The notes: generated from the sequence alone by a model not told the origin. A stretch of DNA of 64,000 nt from Akkermansia muciniphila (GCA_943333275.1 CALQSQ010000013.1:1975-65974); one strand, 5' to 3'. Positions 26,801 through 38,854 are shown, numbered from the stretch's first letter. Numbers and translations are program-made.

Positions 26801-29582
26801 TGGATTTCATTGGCGGCGTGGGTATGGCCTGCTCGCCTGCATCATCCTGACGGGATTGGCGCAGGCAAAAAATTTCCCGCAGGGGCCGGCGATCAAGCCG
26901 CCGTCACCGCCTGATGATCCGGCGGGCGTGCATGCGGTGGAGTTCACGGATGACTCAGTGCTGCATGGCACGGTGCAGTCGTTGTCGCCGGAGGAAATGC
27001 TGCTTTTCCGAACGGACATGAAGGATCCGATCCCTTTTCCCACGGGCACGGTCACTCGCATCGGATTCAAGGCGGAGGCGGATTTGACCGGCGGTCCGCA
27101 TTCGACGGTGCAATTTCACTCCGGTGACTGGATGGCGGCGGACGTGCTGATGCTGCGCGATGGCAAGGCGCAGTTGCGCATCTCCGAAACGCAGCGGCTC
27201 ACGGTGGATCAGGACCGGATCAGCTTTGTGTGCTTTGCCGCAGGCGCGGCTCCGGATATTTTCCATGGACCGGAATCGCTGGAAGGCTGGGAAACCAATG
27301 GGGCCTGGACCCATGACCAGGGTGTGCTGCGCTGCCGGCAGATGGGCAACCTTTCGAGAATTATTCCGGTGGTGGCGGATCGCATGGATCTCGCATTCGT
27401 GATGGACAAGGGCGAGGTGCAGAAAAATTTCATGCTGAGTATGATGTTTAACCGTGATGCCAATGAAAAGGAATCCGGGCCGACGAATGCCTGGATGCAG
27501 GTGCGCTTCAACGAGGGCCAGCTCTACCTCTATGCCGCGGCGGGCGACACGAACCGCAACTCCAGCAACACGCTGCCGCGCGCGGCTTTGAAGCCGGCGG
27601 AGGACGGGAAATTTCATTACCGCGTGATGTATGATCGGATCGGTGGTCGCATCGTGGTGATGGTGAACGGTCGCAAGGTGGCGGAACAGCCCACCCCGCC
27701 CATGCCCGCCGATACCTGGCAGGGGCAGCTGACATTCCAACCCATGCGCTGGGGCAGCGAAGCGGACTGGGCGATTTCCGACATTCACCTGACTCCGTGG
27801 GACGGGCAGGTGCCCACGGCGGCGGGAGGAGGCACGCCGGAGCAGCTCGATTCCGTAACCATGAATGATGGCGAGGTAAAAATCGGCCGCTTCGAATCGA
27901 TGCAGGGCACGGTGGTGAAATTCCGCTCTGCGGCGGGCAGCGAGACACTGGCGCGGCAGAACATCTACCTGATCAGGCTGCATCGTGAAGCGGCTCCCAA
28001 CCTGCCTGAACCTGCGGGTCCGAAGGTCATGCTGGCACAGCGCGGGGAGATTCACTTGGGTTCGCTGCGGATGGGCGAGAACGGATTTACACTGGGCACG
28101 ACCTTTGCTGGAGAGATCAATCTGCCACGCGGAGCCCTGAGCGCGGTTGTTTATCCCAATAAGCCGCAGAAGGATCTGCCCGTGGCCGACTGGCTTCAAT
28201 TTAGAAATGGTGACCGCCTGCGCGGCACGCTCGTGGCTGCGGGCCAGACGGCGGAGCTGCAATGGAAGCTCAGCACCGAAACGCTCGTGGAGCTGCAAAC
28301 CAAACACCTCAACGGAGCGCGCCTGGCTCAGCGCGGCGAGCCCAGAGATTCAGCCCCCTCGGGCAGCTGTGTGGCCAAGTTTCGCAATGGCGACTGGCTC
28401 AGCGGTGAAATGCAGGCGCTGAATGCGGAGCACCTGCGAATGACGAGCCTCACCGGCCAGGAGTTCACCCTGCCACGGCCGAACATCCAGGCGCTCTATC
28501 TGGCTGCCAACGGTCAGCGTCCGATCTGGGAGGGCGCGGCGGAATCGACTGCGTGGCTGCAGGGAGTGCGCGGAAAAGTGGGCGAGCAGGTGGACGGGGC
28601 TGCGGCTGCCGAAACAAATCCCGGCCGCACGCTCAGCACCCATCTGGACGGGGCCTTTCTGCTGAGCGGCAAGGGAGGTGCGCCATCCGGAATCGGCCAG
28701 ATCATTGAAGGGGCTCCGGAGCGGATGGAGTTGAGTTTCGACACGGTGTCAGACCACGATGCCCTGTCACTCAACGTGGAGTTATTTTACGACAAGGACA
28801 GCAATGAGGGCATGCTGCTGCGATTCTGGCCGGGCGGGCTTTATCTGCAGGATCTGGGCCGCGGGCCCCGTGCGGGCCGCGGGCGCCAGCCAGTGCAGTT
28901 GCAGTGGGGCGAAAAAGTCAGCCGCACCTCCAACCGCCACCATTTTCAAATCTTCGCTGATCGCAAAAAACACCAGCTGCAAATTTTCATCGATGGCATC
29001 TTCATCGCCCGTCATCAGCAGGCGGAGGGAGAAGTGCGCGAAGGCATGTGGGGACGGGGCGTGGCGCTCAGCTGCATGGCTGGCCAGTCCCATGCGCCCA
29101 TGCTGATCAGCCAGCTCTGGATCACCCCGTGGAATGGACGCACACCCGATTCCCTGGAGATGGCTGCCGGCCAATCCTCGCTGGCATTGGCCAATGGTGA
29201 TGAATCCGCCGCGCCGATCGTTTCCGCCACGCCGGAGGCATTCACGCTCGATTTTGTGGGGGAACCACTCGTCATCCCCAGGTCCAAGGTGCTCGCGGTG
29301 AACTTCGGCACACCCTCCACGACAACGGAGGAAGTCGAGGCACTGACACTCACCTCCGCCGCCCTGCAGCCACGCCTCCGCCTCGTTACCGGCGGCGCGT
29401 TGACCGTGGAAAAATTGCATTTGGAAAACAATCTCGTCACCGGAGCCAACCCGAGCATCGGTCCGCTCTCCCTCCCACTGAGCGCGCTGAGCGAAATAGT
29501 CTGGAGAACACTTGATCGCGATGTAACCCCGCCGCAGAAATCCGTCAAACCGCGCGGTCCCAAACGAGCGGATCACGATTGA
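26790..29582 (+). CDS. Large secreted repeat protein (hypothetical) with two DUF1080/LamG-like segments and about six ~45-aa (N/D)GD-x-L-x-G modules
   Basis: 930-aa ORF whose ATG at 26790 overlaps the upstream stop at 26800. The recurring modules include FRNGDRLRGTLVA..., FRNGDWLSGEMQA..., MNDGEVKIGRFES... and LANGDESAAPIVS..., and a LEGWETNGAWTHDQGVL segment is also present. Confidence 0.6.
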   Translation: MSVNGFHWRRGYGLLACIILTGLAQAKNFPQGPAIKPPSPPDDPAGVHAVEFTDDSVLHGTVQSLSPEEMLLFRTDMKDPIPFPTGTVTRIGFKAEADLTGGPHSTVQFHSGDWMAADVLMLRDGKAQLRISETQRLTVDQDRISFVCFAAGAAPDIFHGPESLEGWETNGAWTHDQGVLRCRQMGNLSRIIPVVADRMDLAFVMDKGEVQKNFMLSMMFNRDANEKESGPTNAWMQVRFNEGQLYLYAAAGDTNRNSSNTLPRAALKPAEDGKFHYRVMYDRIGGRIVVMVNGRKVAEQPTPPMPADTWQGQLTFQPMRWGSEADWAISDIHLTPWDGQVPTAAGGGTPEQLDSVTMNDGEVKIGRFESMQGTVVKFRSAAGSETLARQNIYLIRLHREAAPNLPEPAGPKVMLAQRGEIHLGSLRMGENGFTLGTTFAGEINLPRGALSAVVYPNKPQKDLPVADWLQFRNGDRLRGTLVAAGQTAELQWKLSTETLVELQTKHLNGARLAQRGEPRDSAPSGSCVAKFRNGDWLSGEMQALNAEHLRMTSLTGQEFTLPRPNIQALYLAANGQRPIWEGAAESTAWLQGVRGKVGEQVDGAAAAETNPGRTLSTHLDGAFLLSGKGGAPSGIGQIIEGAPERMELSFDTVSDHDALSLNVELFYDKDSNEGMLLRFWPGGLYLQDLGRGPRAGRGRQPVQLQWGEKVSRTSNRHHFQIFADRKKHQLQIFIDGIFIARHQQAEGEVREGMWGRGVALSCMAGQSHAPMLISQLWITPWNGRTPDSLEMAAGQSSLALANGDESAAPIVSATPEAFTLDFVGEPLVIPRSKVLAVNFGTPSTTTEEVEALTLTSAALQPRLRLVTGGALTVEKLHLENNLVTGANPSIGPLSLPLSALSEIVWRTLDRDVTPPQKSVKPRGPKRADHD

Positions 29583-29608
29583 TCAGGGCGCGCTTCCCGG
29601 GGACGATT

Positions 29609-30922
29609 TCAAAACGCAACGGTGAGCGAGAGAAAGGCGAAGTCGGCATCGGCATCCGCCCCCGTGTCGGCGAGGTATTGACCCGCGAAAAAATGGCTGT
29701 AGCCGCCCTGCAATTCGAGATGCTGCGTAGCCTTCCACGCAAGCACGAAATCGATCTCACTGCCTGCATGGCTGTCCGCTCCGGGAGTGACCGGGCGCAC
29801 CATCGTCGTCTGATTGCTGCGATACCAGGCGTCCTTTGTGTCAGCCAGCCAGAAGCAATGGTAGTCGAGCGATACGGTGAGCGACTGGGCGGGTTTCATG
29901 CTGAAGCGCACCGCCGGGTTGCTGATGTTCCGCCATGAAAACTCATCCATCAAACCATAGAATGGATGATTCGTGGGGAAGAGATTTTGAAAGGTTTTCA
30001 CCCTGCCGTCGTTGGGATTTGGGTCGCCGCTCGCAAACGCATATTCCAAACCAAGGCGTGGCTTCCAGGCGAGATCCTGCCACTGATAACCAACGCCCCA
30101 GTGACCAGCAAAGGCGGACAAATCCCGGTCGCCCACGGTGCCCGCCTGAGCGGCCATCTCGAGATCATAATCCCAGCCTGCGAGCTGCTTTGAGTCGCCT
30201 TTCCAGCGCGTTCCCAGGGTGAGGAAATCAGAACGGCGATCGTGCAACTCGAAGGCATAAAGTTCGGTCGCCTGGAATTTCAGAGCCGTGGTGTGGAAGT
30301 AGAGACCGCTGAAGGTCTGTTCCCCTCCTTCCAGCCATGAACTCTGGTTGAAGCCACCGGATTTAAACTTCACCACGCTGGATGCGAAGGCATCCAGCCA
30401 CCAATCATCCCCTGCCACCCGCATTTTCACGGCATCAAAGCTCTGTCCCACATTCTTCCAGGGAGCGCGGCTCACAAGCCGGCCATCCCCATAATCCAGT
30501 TCCATACGCCCAAGGCTCAGGGCAAGGTGTTTGGGATCACCCAACTCCAAATAGCCCTGGCGCAAGTCCATGGCATCATCACCTTCGGCCCCGAGTTGGC
30601 CGACGACATTCGGTCGATCGCTGAAAAATTCCCGGGCATCCTGTCCTTCCAAATGCACGCGCAGCCACGACTCAGGCTTCCAGTCCATGCCCAGCCGCAG
30701 GCGGGTCAGCAACCAACTGTCATCCGTAAGCGCCCGGTTCCCGGAGTCGAAATCAAAGTTGTTTTCGCGCCATTCGCCACGCGTGCGGGCTTCGATTGAA
30801 AAAGTTAGGTTTTCCTCAGGCACAGGCATCAGCGGCATGGGACTGGCCCCTGCCTGAACGCCGCCGAGTGAGACTACCATCAACATCAGATGGCGAATGC
30901 AGTGGTTTTGAATTGAATTCAT
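29609..30922 (-). CDS. Outer-membrane beta-barrel of the alginate-export (AlgE-like) porin family
   Basis: 437 aa with a signal peptide and alternating beta-strand pattern. The sequence TFSIEARTRGEWRENNFDFD...WLLTRLRLGMDWKP and the C-terminal aromatic residue (…LSLTVAF) fit this family. Confidence 0.7.
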   Translation of the reverse strand: MNSIQNHCIRHLMLMVVSLGGVQAGASPMPLMPVPEENLTFSIEARTRGEWRENNFDFDSGNRALTDDSWLLTRLRLGMDWKPESWLRVHLEGQDAREFFSDRPNVVGQLGAEGDDAMDLRQGYLELGDPKHLALSLGRMELDYGDGRLVSRAPWKNVGQSFDAVKMRVAGDDWWLDAFASSVVKFKSGGFNQSSWLEGGEQTFSGLYFHTTALKFQATELYAFELHDRRSDFLTLGTRWKGDSKQLAGWDYDLEMAAQAGTVGDRDLSAFAGHWGVGYQWQDLAWKPRLGLEYAFASGDPNPNDGRVKTFQNLFPTNHPFYGLMDEFSWRNISNPAVRFSMKPAQSLTVSLDYHCFWLADTKDAWYRSNQTTMVRPVTPGADSHAGSEIDFVLAWKATQHLELQGGYSHFFAGQYLADTGADADADFAFLSLTVAF

Positions 30923-31235
30923 GGAGATTTGGATGTGTTGATAAATATGCCATTGGCTCCGGCAGCAGAACCTGTATCACAAGGATTCCCGGGAGCATTG
31001 CTGCCGAGAAATAGCGGAACCAGTTTGAAAAACGAAGGAAGCATTATCCAAGCTGCTCCCAATTTGCACCAGTTGCATGATTTGAAAGCCCCCTAAAAAG
31101 GGATCAACGGCTCCGTTCAAGGGTCTAAAGGCACATCATCTGTCGATTCCTGATTCGCAAAAATTCCCGATTTTCCTTCCAAGACGATGGCGACTGCCTG
31201 TGCTATGGAATCATCCCCTCCCTCTATTCAATCCC

Positions 31236-33407
31236 ATGTTTTCCCTCCGCAGCGATTTCTCCCCACAGGGCGATCAGGCGCAAGCCATCGCCAAACTGGT
31301 GAAATCCATCCAGGCCGGAAACCGTCACCAGACACTGCTGGGCGTGACGGGCAGCGGAAAGACCTTCACGATGGCAAACGTCATTCAGCAGGTCGGCAAA
31401 CCGACGCTGATCATGAGTCACAACAAGACGCTGGCCGCGCAACTCTATTCCGAATTCAAGGCGTTCTTCCCCGACAATGCCGTGGAGTATTTCGTGAGCT
31501 ATTTCGATTACTACCAGCCGGAGGCCTACATTCCCCGTTCGGATACCTACATTGAAAAGGATTCCGCGATCAATGAGGACATCGAGCGGCTGCGGCTCAG
31601 CACCATGAGTTCGCTCCTGACGCGCGAGGATGTGATCGTGATCGCCAGCGTCAGCTGCATCTACGGCCTGGGATCGCCGGACGATTACCAGCAGAGCATG
31701 TTTCCCATCCGCGTCGGGATGGAAATGGCGCGGGAGCATTGCCTGACCCGCTTGATCGAAATGCTCTACGAGCGCAACGACATCGCCTTCCAGCGCGGAC
31801 GGTTCCGGGCGCGCGGGGACGTGGTGGAAATCCATCCGGCCAACCTCGAGGACGAAGCCGTGCGGGTGGAATTTTTCGGCGATGAGATCGACCGCATTAC
31901 CCTGATCGAGCCGCTGACCGGTCACACGATCCGCAAGGTCGACAGCTACACCTTTTATCCCGCCAAGCAGTTCGTGACCGCCGCGGACAAGATGAAAACA
32001 GCTCTGGGTCACATCCGCACGGAGATGGAGGGAAGGGTCGCGGAATTTGAATCGCAGAGCAAATACCTTGAGGCCCAGCGCATCCGCCAGCGCACCGATT
32101 ATGATCTGGAAATGATGCGTGAAATGGGCTTCTGCCAAGGAATTGAAAACTACAGCCGCCACCTCACGGGGCGCGAACCCGGCGCGACGCCTTACACGCT
32201 GATGGATTTCTTTCCGGAGAATTTCCTGCTCATGATCGATGAAAGTCACGCCACGATTCCGCAGATCGGCGGCATGTACGAGGGGGACCGCAGCCGGAAG
32301 GATACACTGGTCAATTATGGATTCCGTCTGCCGAGTGCGATGGATAACCGGCCGCTCCGTTTTGAGGAATTCATGGGCAAGACCTACCAGCGACTCTACG
32401 TGAGCGCTACTCCCGCCAGATTCGAATTGGAAAACAGCGTGGTTGGAAATACCAGTTTCATCGCGCGACAAAAAACCGGCGCCGGTTTCCCGGAACCCAC
32501 TCCCGCCAAGCTTCCACGCATTTCCCCAAGTTCCGAATCCATCGCTGCCTTTGATGTCACCACGAAGGGGAAATCGCTCATCGCCGAGCAGATCATCCGT
32601 CCCACGGGGCTCCTCGATCCGGTCATTGTCCTCAAAAAGTTGAAGGGCCAGATCGACGAAACCATTGAACTTTGCCGGCAGCGGGTGGAAATCGGGGAGC
32701 GGGTGCTCGTCACCACGCTGACCAAACGCACCGCGGAGGACCTGACGGATTACCTGCGGGAAGCCGGACTGAAAGTGCGGTATCTGCACAGCGACATCGA
32801 TGCCATCGAGCGGGTGGAAATTTTGCGGGCGCTCCGTGCCGCAGAATTTGATATTTTAATCGGCATCAACCTGCTGCGGGAGGGCCTGGACCTGCCCGAA
32901 GTCAGTCTGGTGTGCATTCTCGACGCCGACAAGGAGGGCTACCTGCGCAGCGAAACGAGTTTGATCCAAACCGCCGGCCGCGCCGCCCGCCACAGCAACG
33001 GTCAGGTCGTGCTCTTCTGCGACGTCGAAACCAAGAGTATCCGGGCGCTGCTGGGCATCACGGAGTATCGCCGCGAACGGCAAATCGCCTACAACGAGGA
33101 GCACGGCATCGTGCCGCGCAGTGTCATCCGTCCCGTTCAGGAGAGCCTGCAGGGGGGATTCAAGGATTCCGGATTCAGCGAAAACGTGCTGCGTGAAGGC
33201 CCGGCGGACATGGATGTGGCCACGGTCATCGCCCAGCTCGAGGTGGAAATGCACGAGGCAAGCATCGCCTTGGAATTCGAACGCGCCGCCCTCCTGCGCG
33301 ACCAGATCAAGGAACTCAAAGGCCAGCCGACCACCCGCTCCTACACGCTGAGCCCGATGATGCGAAAATCGGTCAAATTCAAGGCGGGATCGAAACGGTC
33401 GAAGTGA
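31236..33407 (+). CDS. uvrB: Excinuclease ABC subunit B
   Basis: GDQAQAI...[48 protein letters not shown] and a C-terminal UVR motif are all present. I prefer the ATG at 31236. The gene contains an extra ~43-aa segment (see findings). Confidence 0.95.
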   Translation: MFSLRSDFSPQGDQAQAIAKLVKSIQAGNRHQTLLGVTGSGKTFTMANVIQQVGKPTLIMSHNKTLAAQLYSEFKAFFPDNAVEYFVSYFDYYQPEAYIPRSDTYIEKDSAINEDIERLRLSTMSSLLTREDVIVIASVSCIYGLGSPDDYQQSMFPIRVGMEMAREHCLTRLIEMLYERNDIAFQRGRFRARGDVVEIHPANLEDEAVRVEFFGDEIDRITLIEPLTGHTIRKVDSYTFYPAKQFVTAADKMKTALGHIRTEMEGRVAEFESQSKYLEAQRIRQRTDYDLEMMREMGFCQGIENYSRHLTGREPGATPYTLMDFFPENFLLMIDESHATIPQIGGMYEGDRSRKDTLVNYGFRLPSAMDNRPLRFEEFMGKTYQRLYVSATPARFELENSVVGNTSFIARQKTGAGFPEPTPAKLPRISPSSESIAAFDVTTKGKSLIAEQIIRPTGLLDPVIVLKKLKGQIDETIELCRQRVEIGERVLVTTLTKRTAEDLTDYLREAGLKVRYLHSDIDAIERVEILRALRAAEFDILIGINLLREGLDLPEVSLVCILDADKEGYLRSETSLIQTAGRAARHSNGQVVLFCDVETKSIRALLGITEYRRERQIAYNEEHGIVPRSVIRPVQESLQGGFKDSGFSENVLREGPADMDVATVIAQLEVEMHEASIALEFERAALLRDQIKELKGQPTTRSYTLSPMMRKSVKFKAGSKRSK

Positions 33408-33561
33408 GTTTCTAATGGGAAAAGGCCCTTTCCCCACTCTTTCCGAATCTTTCGGCCAAATCCCCCTTCCCTCTCCCCCCCCCTCGCCATCCTCTGCTTT
33501 ACATCCGGCGGGGGCTGCGCCATATCCCGCCAGCCTCTGCATTGTTGCCCCAGATTTTCCC

Positions 33562-36500
33562 ATGCCCAAAGACACCTCCATCTCCAAAATTCTCGTGATT
33601 GGCTCCGGCCCGATTGTCATCGGTCAGGGCTGTGAATTTGATTATTCCGGCGTGCAGGCTTGCAAGGCGCTGCTGGAGGAGGGCTACCAGGTGGTCCTCG
33701 TGAATTCCAATCCGGCTACGATCATGACCGATCCAGAATTCGCCACCCGCACTTACATTGAGCCGATCACGCCGGAGATCGTCGAAAAAATCATCGAACG
33801 CGAAAAGCCGGATGCCCTGCTCCCCACCCTCGGCGGCCAGACCGCCCTCAATACGAGCATGACGCTCTGGCACAGTGGTGTTTTGAAGAAACACAATGTG
33901 CGCATGATCGGCGCGAAGGCGGATGCCATCGAGAAAGGCGAAAACCGCATGAAATTTAAGGATGCCATGATCAAGATCGGCCTCGACATGCCCAAGAGCG
34001 GCATTGCCCATAACCTGGAGGAGGCGCGCGCCGTGGCGGCGGAGATCGGGACGTTTCCGCTCATCATCCGGCCCGGATTTACGCTCGGCGGCACGGGCGG
34101 CGGCATCGCCTACAATAAGGAGGAATTTGAAACGATCTGCGCCCGGGGGATTGATTTATCGCCCGTGGATGAAGTGCTGATCGATGAGAGCCTGCTCGGC
34201 TGGAAGGAATTTGAAATGGAAGTCATGCGCGATCGTGCCGACAACTGCGTTGTCATTTGCTCCATTGAAAATCTCGACCCCATGGGCGTCCACACCGGCG
34301 ACTCCATCACCGTCGCCCCCATCCAGACGCTGACGGATCGCGAGTATCAAATCATGCGCGATGCCTCATTCGCAGTCATCCGCGAGATCGGCGTGGAAAC
34401 GGGCGGATCGAACATTCAGTTTGCCACCCATCCGGAAACCGGCCGGATGATTGTCATCGAAATGAACCCGCGCGTCAGCCGCAGTTCCGCGCTGGCCTCG
34501 AAAGCCACCGGATTCCCCATCGCCAAGCTCGCAGCCAAACTCGCCGTTGGCTACACGCTGGATGAAATCAAAAACGACATCACCCGCGAGACGCCCGCCA
34601 GTTTCGAGCCCACCATCGATTACTGCGTCGTCAAAGTCCCGCGGTTCACGTTTGAAAAATTCCCCACTGCGGACGCCACGCTGACGACGCAAATGAAGTC
34701 GGTGGGCGAAGCCATGGCCATCGGACGCACGTTCAAGGAGGCCCTGCAAAAAGCCCTGCGCTCGCTGGAAACCGGCCGCGCCGGCCTGGGTGCGGATGGC
34801 AAGGATCCCGTCAATCCTTCCCGCGATGAAATCGTCAGGAAACTCACCATCCCCAACGCCGAACGTATCTTCTGGCTCGCCGTCGCCATGCGCGAGGGAT
34901 TCAGTGTGGAGGAAATCTACGAGCTGACGAAGGTTGATCCCTGGTTCCTGCGCAACATTGCGGAGATCGTGGAAATGGAACGGCTGATTCCGACCCAGAC
35001 CAGCGACCAACTGATTGCCGCCATTCCCGAAAAGGATCGCACCGAGGAAACCAAAGCTGCCGCCCTGCGCAATGCGATGCGGCGTTGGAAGAAGGCAGGG
35101 TTTTCAGACCGTCAACTGGCCCATTTGTTCGGTATCCCCGAGGCACACATCCGTGCAGGCCGGAAAAAATACGGAGTCATCCCCACCTACCGACTCGTGG
35201 ACACCTGCGCAGCGGAGTTTGAGGCCTACACGCCTTACTACTACTCCACCTACGGCGATGAGAACGAGACGCGCCCATCCTCCAGGCGCAAGGTCATGAT
35301 CCTGGGTGGCGGGCCGAATCGGATCGGCCAGGGCATCGAGTTCGATTACTGCTGTGTGCATGCGGCCTTTGCCCTGAAGGAATTGGGTTTCGAGACGATC
35401 ATGGTGAACTCGAATCCCGAGACTGTTTCCACAGACTACGACACCAGTGACCGCCTCTATTTCGAGCCGCTGACGTTTGAGGACGTGATGAACATTTATG
35501 AAAATGAGCAGTGCTGGGGCGTCATCGTCCAGCTGGGCGGTCAGACGCCGCTTAATCTTGCTGCGAAGCTTGAGGAAGCCGGATGCAACATCATCGGCAC
35601 CTCCCCCAAGAATATCGAACTCGCCGAGGACCGGAAATTTTTCGCCAAGTTGCTCGATGATCTCAAGCTGAATCAAGCCCCCAGCGGCACGGCCGTCACC
35701 GAGGATGAAGCCGTGGCCATCGCCCAGCGCATTTCCTATCCGGTGCTGGTGCGCCCGAGTTTTGTGTTGGGTGGCCGTGCGATGCAGATTGTTTACAGCG
35801 ACGAAGAGATCCGCCACTACATGCGCTACGCCGTCCAGGCCAGTCCGGACCGACCCGTGCTCGTGGATCGTTTCCTGGAGGACGCTGCGGAAGTCGATGT
35901 CGATGTCATTTCCGATGGAGAAACGACTGTGGTTGGAGCCATTATGGAGCACATCGAGCAGGCCGGCGTCCATAGTGGTGACAGCGCCTGCGTCATCCCC
36001 GCCGTGGGTCTTAGCGAGCCGATCAAAATCGAAATCATGCGGGCCGCCAAGGAGCTGGCCAAAGCCCTCGGCGTGATCGGCCTCATGAACATCCAGTTTG
36101 CGGTGAAGGACGAGATTCTCTACGTCATCGAAGTCAATCCCCGCGCCAGCCGCACGGTTCCGTTTGTGAGCAAATCCATTGGTCGTCCGCTCGCCAAATT
36201 TGCCGCCAAGATCATGGCCAGCCATGCCATGCGCAAGGAAGGCCACTCCGACAACGACGGCCACGTCCTCGCTTCCCTGAAAGCCTTGGGCTTCACCACG
36301 GAGATCATTCCCAAGCACTACAACGTCAAGGAAGCCGTCTTTCCATTCTCCAAATTTCCCGGCATCGACATCGCGCTGGGCCCGGAGATGAAGAGCACGG
36401 GGGAAGTGATGGGGATCGATGCCGATCACGCCATGGCCTTTGCGAAAAGTCAGATGGCTGCAGGCAACAGCCTGCCACTCAAAGGCAAGGTCTTCATCAG

Positions 36501-36876
36501 CGTCTCGGAGCGCCTCAAGGGCCGCATCGGAGCCATCGCCAAGGAATATCACGATCTCGGATTTACGCTCGTCGCCACCGAGGGCACCCGCAAAGCCATC
36601 ATCGCCGCAGGAGCGCCCTGCGAACTCGTCCACAAAATTGCAGAAGGCCGCCGCCCCAACATCCTGGACATGATGAAAAATGGCGAGATTGCCATGATCA
36701 TCAATACCCCCAGCGAAAAGGAAACCCGCAAGGACGAGGTTCTCATCCGCAGCACCAGCGTCAGCACCCGCACCCCCATCCAGACCACGCTGCGCGGGGC
36801 CAGGGCTGCTGCACACGCCATCGGAAGCCTGCAAAAGAACAAGCTGACGGTGAAGCCGCTCCAGGAATATTTTTGA
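33562..36876 (+). CDS. carB: Carbamoyl-phosphate synthase large subunit
   Basis: [30 protein letters not shown]..., a duplicated ATP-grasp architecture and an MGS-like C-terminus, 1104 aa. I prefer the ATG at 33562. Confidence 0.95.
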   Translation: MPKDTSISKILVIGSGPIVIGQGCEFDYSGVQACKALLEEGYQVVLVNSNPATIMTDPEFATRTYIEPITPEIVEKIIEREKPDALLPTLGGQTALNTSMTLWHSGVLKKHNVRMIGAKADAIEKGENRMKFKDAMIKIGLDMPKSGIAHNLEEARAVAAEIGTFPLIIRPGFTLGGTGGGIAYNKEEFETICARGIDLSPVDEVLIDESLLGWKEFEMEVMRDRADNCVVICSIENLDPMGVHTGDSITVAPIQTLTDREYQIMRDASFAVIREIGVETGGSNIQFATHPETGRMIVIEMNPRVSRSSALASKATGFPIAKLAAKLAVGYTLDEIKNDITRETPASFEPTIDYCVVKVPRFTFEKFPTADATLTTQMKSVGEAMAIGRTFKEALQKALRSLETGRAGLGADGKDPVNPSRDEIVRKLTIPNAERIFWLAVAMREGFSVEEIYELTKVDPWFLRNIAEIVEMERLIPTQTSDQLIAAIPEKDRTEETKAAALRNAMRRWKKAGFSDRQLAHLFGIPEAHIRAGRKKYGVIPTYRLVDTCAAEFEAYTPYYYSTYGDENETRPSSRRKVMILGGGPNRIGQGIEFDYCCVHAAFALKELGFETIMVNSNPETVSTDYDTSDRLYFEPLTFEDVMNIYENEQCWGVIVQLGGQTPLNLAAKLEEAGCNIIGTSPKNIELAEDRKFFAKLLDDLKLNQAPSGTAVTEDEAVAIAQRISYPVLVRPSFVLGGRAMQIVYSDEEIRHYMRYAVQASPDRPVLVDRFLEDAAEVDVDVISDGETTVVGAIMEHIEQAGVHSGDSACVIPAVGLSEPIKIEIMRAAKELAKALGVIGLMNIQFAVKDEILYVIEVNPRASRTVPFVSKSIGRPLAKFAAKIMASHAMRKEGHSDNDGHVLASLKALGFTTEIIPKHYNVKEAVFPFSKFPGIDIALGPEMKSTGEVMGIDADHAMAFAKSQMAAGNSLPLKGKVFISVSERLKGRIGAIAKEYHDLGFTLVATEGTRKAIIAAGAPCELVHKIAEGRRPNILDMMKNGEIAMIINTPSEKETRKDEVLIRSTSVSTRTPIQTTLRGARAAAHAIGSLQKNKLTVKPLQEYF

Positions 36877-36977
36877 GGGGAGATCCGCTTATTGGTCGCA
36901 TCCGGTGTGACGATCCGGACGTAGCTGCCCTGGATCTGATTCCAAAATATTTCCAATCTGCTCAACTCCATACTCCG

Positions 36978-38834
36978 ATGATAACGATCGCGACAATTCC
37001 CGCCCGTGTCATCTCAGCCATGCTTCTCTCCGGTGTTTGTTGCGCACTACCTCCATCCGAGGAAATCGTTTCATTTCCCTCGCACCGCAACGTCGTCAAT
37101 GTAACCAAACCTCCCTACAATGCAAAGGGCGATGGAGTGACCGATGACACCGCCGCGCTACAATTGGCGATCAATGAAAATACCGGCCATCACCGCATGT
37201 TGTATTTTCCTTCAGGCACCTATCTCGTCAGTGCCACGCTTACGTGGCCGAAGAAATGGGAAGGGCACGACAACTGGGGATTCACGTGGCTGCAGGGCGA
37301 GTCAGCGGCGGGAAGTGTGATTCGTCTGAAGGACGAGACGTTCACCGATTCGAAAAAGCCGCAGAGCATCATGTGGTGCGGAGGCTTTGGATCGGCGGAT
37401 TGGTTTCACAACCATGTGCAGAATCTCACCTTCAATGTTGGCCGGGAAAATCCAGGAGCCATCGGTTTGCAATTTTACTCCAACAACTACGGAGCGGTGC
37501 GGGACTGCTTCATTGTGTCGGAAGATGGCAAGGGGGAGGTGGGGCTGGATCTCGGGCATCGGGACATGAACGGACCACTTTTGGTACGGAGAGTCGAGGT
37601 GCGGGGATTCCAGCGGGGTGTTGCCACCTCGCACTCGGTCAACGGACAGACTTTTGAATTTCTCACGCTCCGCGGGCAGACGCAGTTCGGATTAGACAAC
37701 GAGGGCCAGAGCATCAGCATTCGCGGCCTGCATAGCGAAAATTCCGTGCCTGCGGTGCGCAGTTATGGCGTGATGTGTTTGGTGGATTCGGTGCTGACCG
37801 GCATCGGCGATTCGGCAAAACTTCCCGCTGTGATCAACTACAACGGCGGCCGCATGATGCTGCGCGATGTGAAGACAAGCGGGTATGGCCGCGCGCTGGG
37901 TGATGTTTCCACACCCGATTGGGTGGCCTCATTGCGCGTCACCGGAGAGGACAAGCCTGGCAGTGCCGGACCGGAGATAGTGGAGTATTTTTCACACCCA
38001 CCTACTCGGGCGTTCCCCGGCGAGGGCGGCTCGCTGCGGCTGCCGGTGGAGGAGACGCCGGAACCACCCAGGGAAGACCCCAGGCTGTGGGCGGTTGCGG
38101 ATGCCTTTGGCGCGGATTCAACCGGCGAGCGCGATTCCTCTGCGGCCATTCAGAAAGCCGTGGATTCCGGCGCGACAACGTTGTTTCTCCCCGGTCATTA
38201 TGCGCTTTCCAAAACAGTGATGATTCGCGGCAAGTTGCAGCGCATCCTCGGGGTGGGTGGACAGGTCGATTATACCAAAAAGGCTCCCCGCGCCTTCCGC
38301 ATCGAGGGCAAGGGCGGCGCGGTTACCTTTGAACATCTCGCCAATATCAACAGCGGCATCGAGAATGCCACGGACCGGACGATCATTTTGCGCAGCATCG
38401 GAACACAGATTTTCAGCAAGGGCAGGGTAACGATTTTTTTTGAGGACGTCGCCGGTCACGATCTGGCTGTCAAAAATCAACGGGTATTCGCACGGCAGCT
38501 TAACATCGAGAACGAAGGCACTCATTTCCTCAACGATGGCGGCACCGCCTGGGTGCTGGGCTACAAGACGGAACGAGGTGGAACACTGGTGCATACGCTG
38601 AAAGGAGGCCGCACCGAGGTGCTGGGTGGCTTCAGTTACACCACGACCGCTGGAAAACTCGCCCCCATGTTCGTGAACGAGAATGCCTCGCTTTTCACCT
38701 TCTTCAGCGAGGTCTGCTACTCCGGCGATCCCTTTGCAACGCTCATCCGTGAAACACGCAACGACGAAACCAAGACGGTCGGCAGGGGCGAGGGCCTCAC
38801 CGTTCCGTTTATCGGTTCTCCGAAAGGACGTTAA
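36978..38834 (+). CDS. Secreted right-handed beta-helix protein with two pectate-lyase-3-like N-cap motifs (GH55-like architecture)
   Basis: VNVTKPPYNAKGDGVTDDTAALQLAIN and, further along, AVADAFGADSTGERDSSAAIQKAVDSG mark two tandem beta-helix domains. I prefer the ATG at 36978. Confidence 0.6.
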   Translation: MITIATIPARVISAMLLSGVCCALPPSEEIVSFPSHRNVVNVTKPPYNAKGDGVTDDTAALQLAINENTGHHRMLYFPSGTYLVSATLTWPKKWEGHDNWGFTWLQGESAAGSVIRLKDETFTDSKKPQSIMWCGGFGSADWFHNHVQNLTFNVGRENPGAIGLQFYSNNYGAVRDCFIVSEDGKGEVGLDLGHRDMNGPLLVRRVEVRGFQRGVATSHSVNGQTFEFLTLRGQTQFGLDNEGQSISIRGLHSENSVPAVRSYGVMCLVDSVLTGIGDSAKLPAVINYNGGRMMLRDVKTSGYGRALGDVSTPDWVASLRVTGEDKPGSAGPEIVEYFSHPPTRAFPGEGGSLRLPVEETPEPPREDPRLWAVADAFGADSTGERDSSAAIQKAVDSGATTLFLPGHYALSKTVMIRGKLQRILGVGGQVDYTKKAPRAFRIEGKGGAVTFEHLANINSGIENATDRTIILRSIGTQIFSKGRVTIFFEDVAGHDLAVKNQRVFARQLNIENEGTHFLNDGGTAWVLGYKTERGGTLVHTLKGGRTEVLGGFSYTTTAGKLAPMFVNENASLFTFFSEVCYSGDPFATLIRETRNDETKTVGRGEGLTVPFIGSPKGR

Positions 38835-38854
38835 AATTTCGCGGCAGCGAAAAC

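Noticed and set aside
31064-31077. A sigma-54-like TTGCAC-N-TTGCA motif upstream of uvrB and the porin gene.
   Set aside because: The first element has TG instead of the invariant GG, and the spacing to the GC element is 2 bp too short for the TGGCAC-N5-TTGC consensus.
33415-33561. An N-terminal extension of the carB ORF.
   Set aside because: The conserved CarB N-terminus ([22 protein letters not shown]) begins at 33562, and the extension is low-complexity.
38835-38854. A short hairpin TTTCGC-GGCA-GCGAAA between the convergent GH55-like and nnrS genes, considered as a bidirectional terminator.
   Set aside because: The stem is only 6 bp and there is no adjacent U-tract on either strand, so the support is too weak to call.
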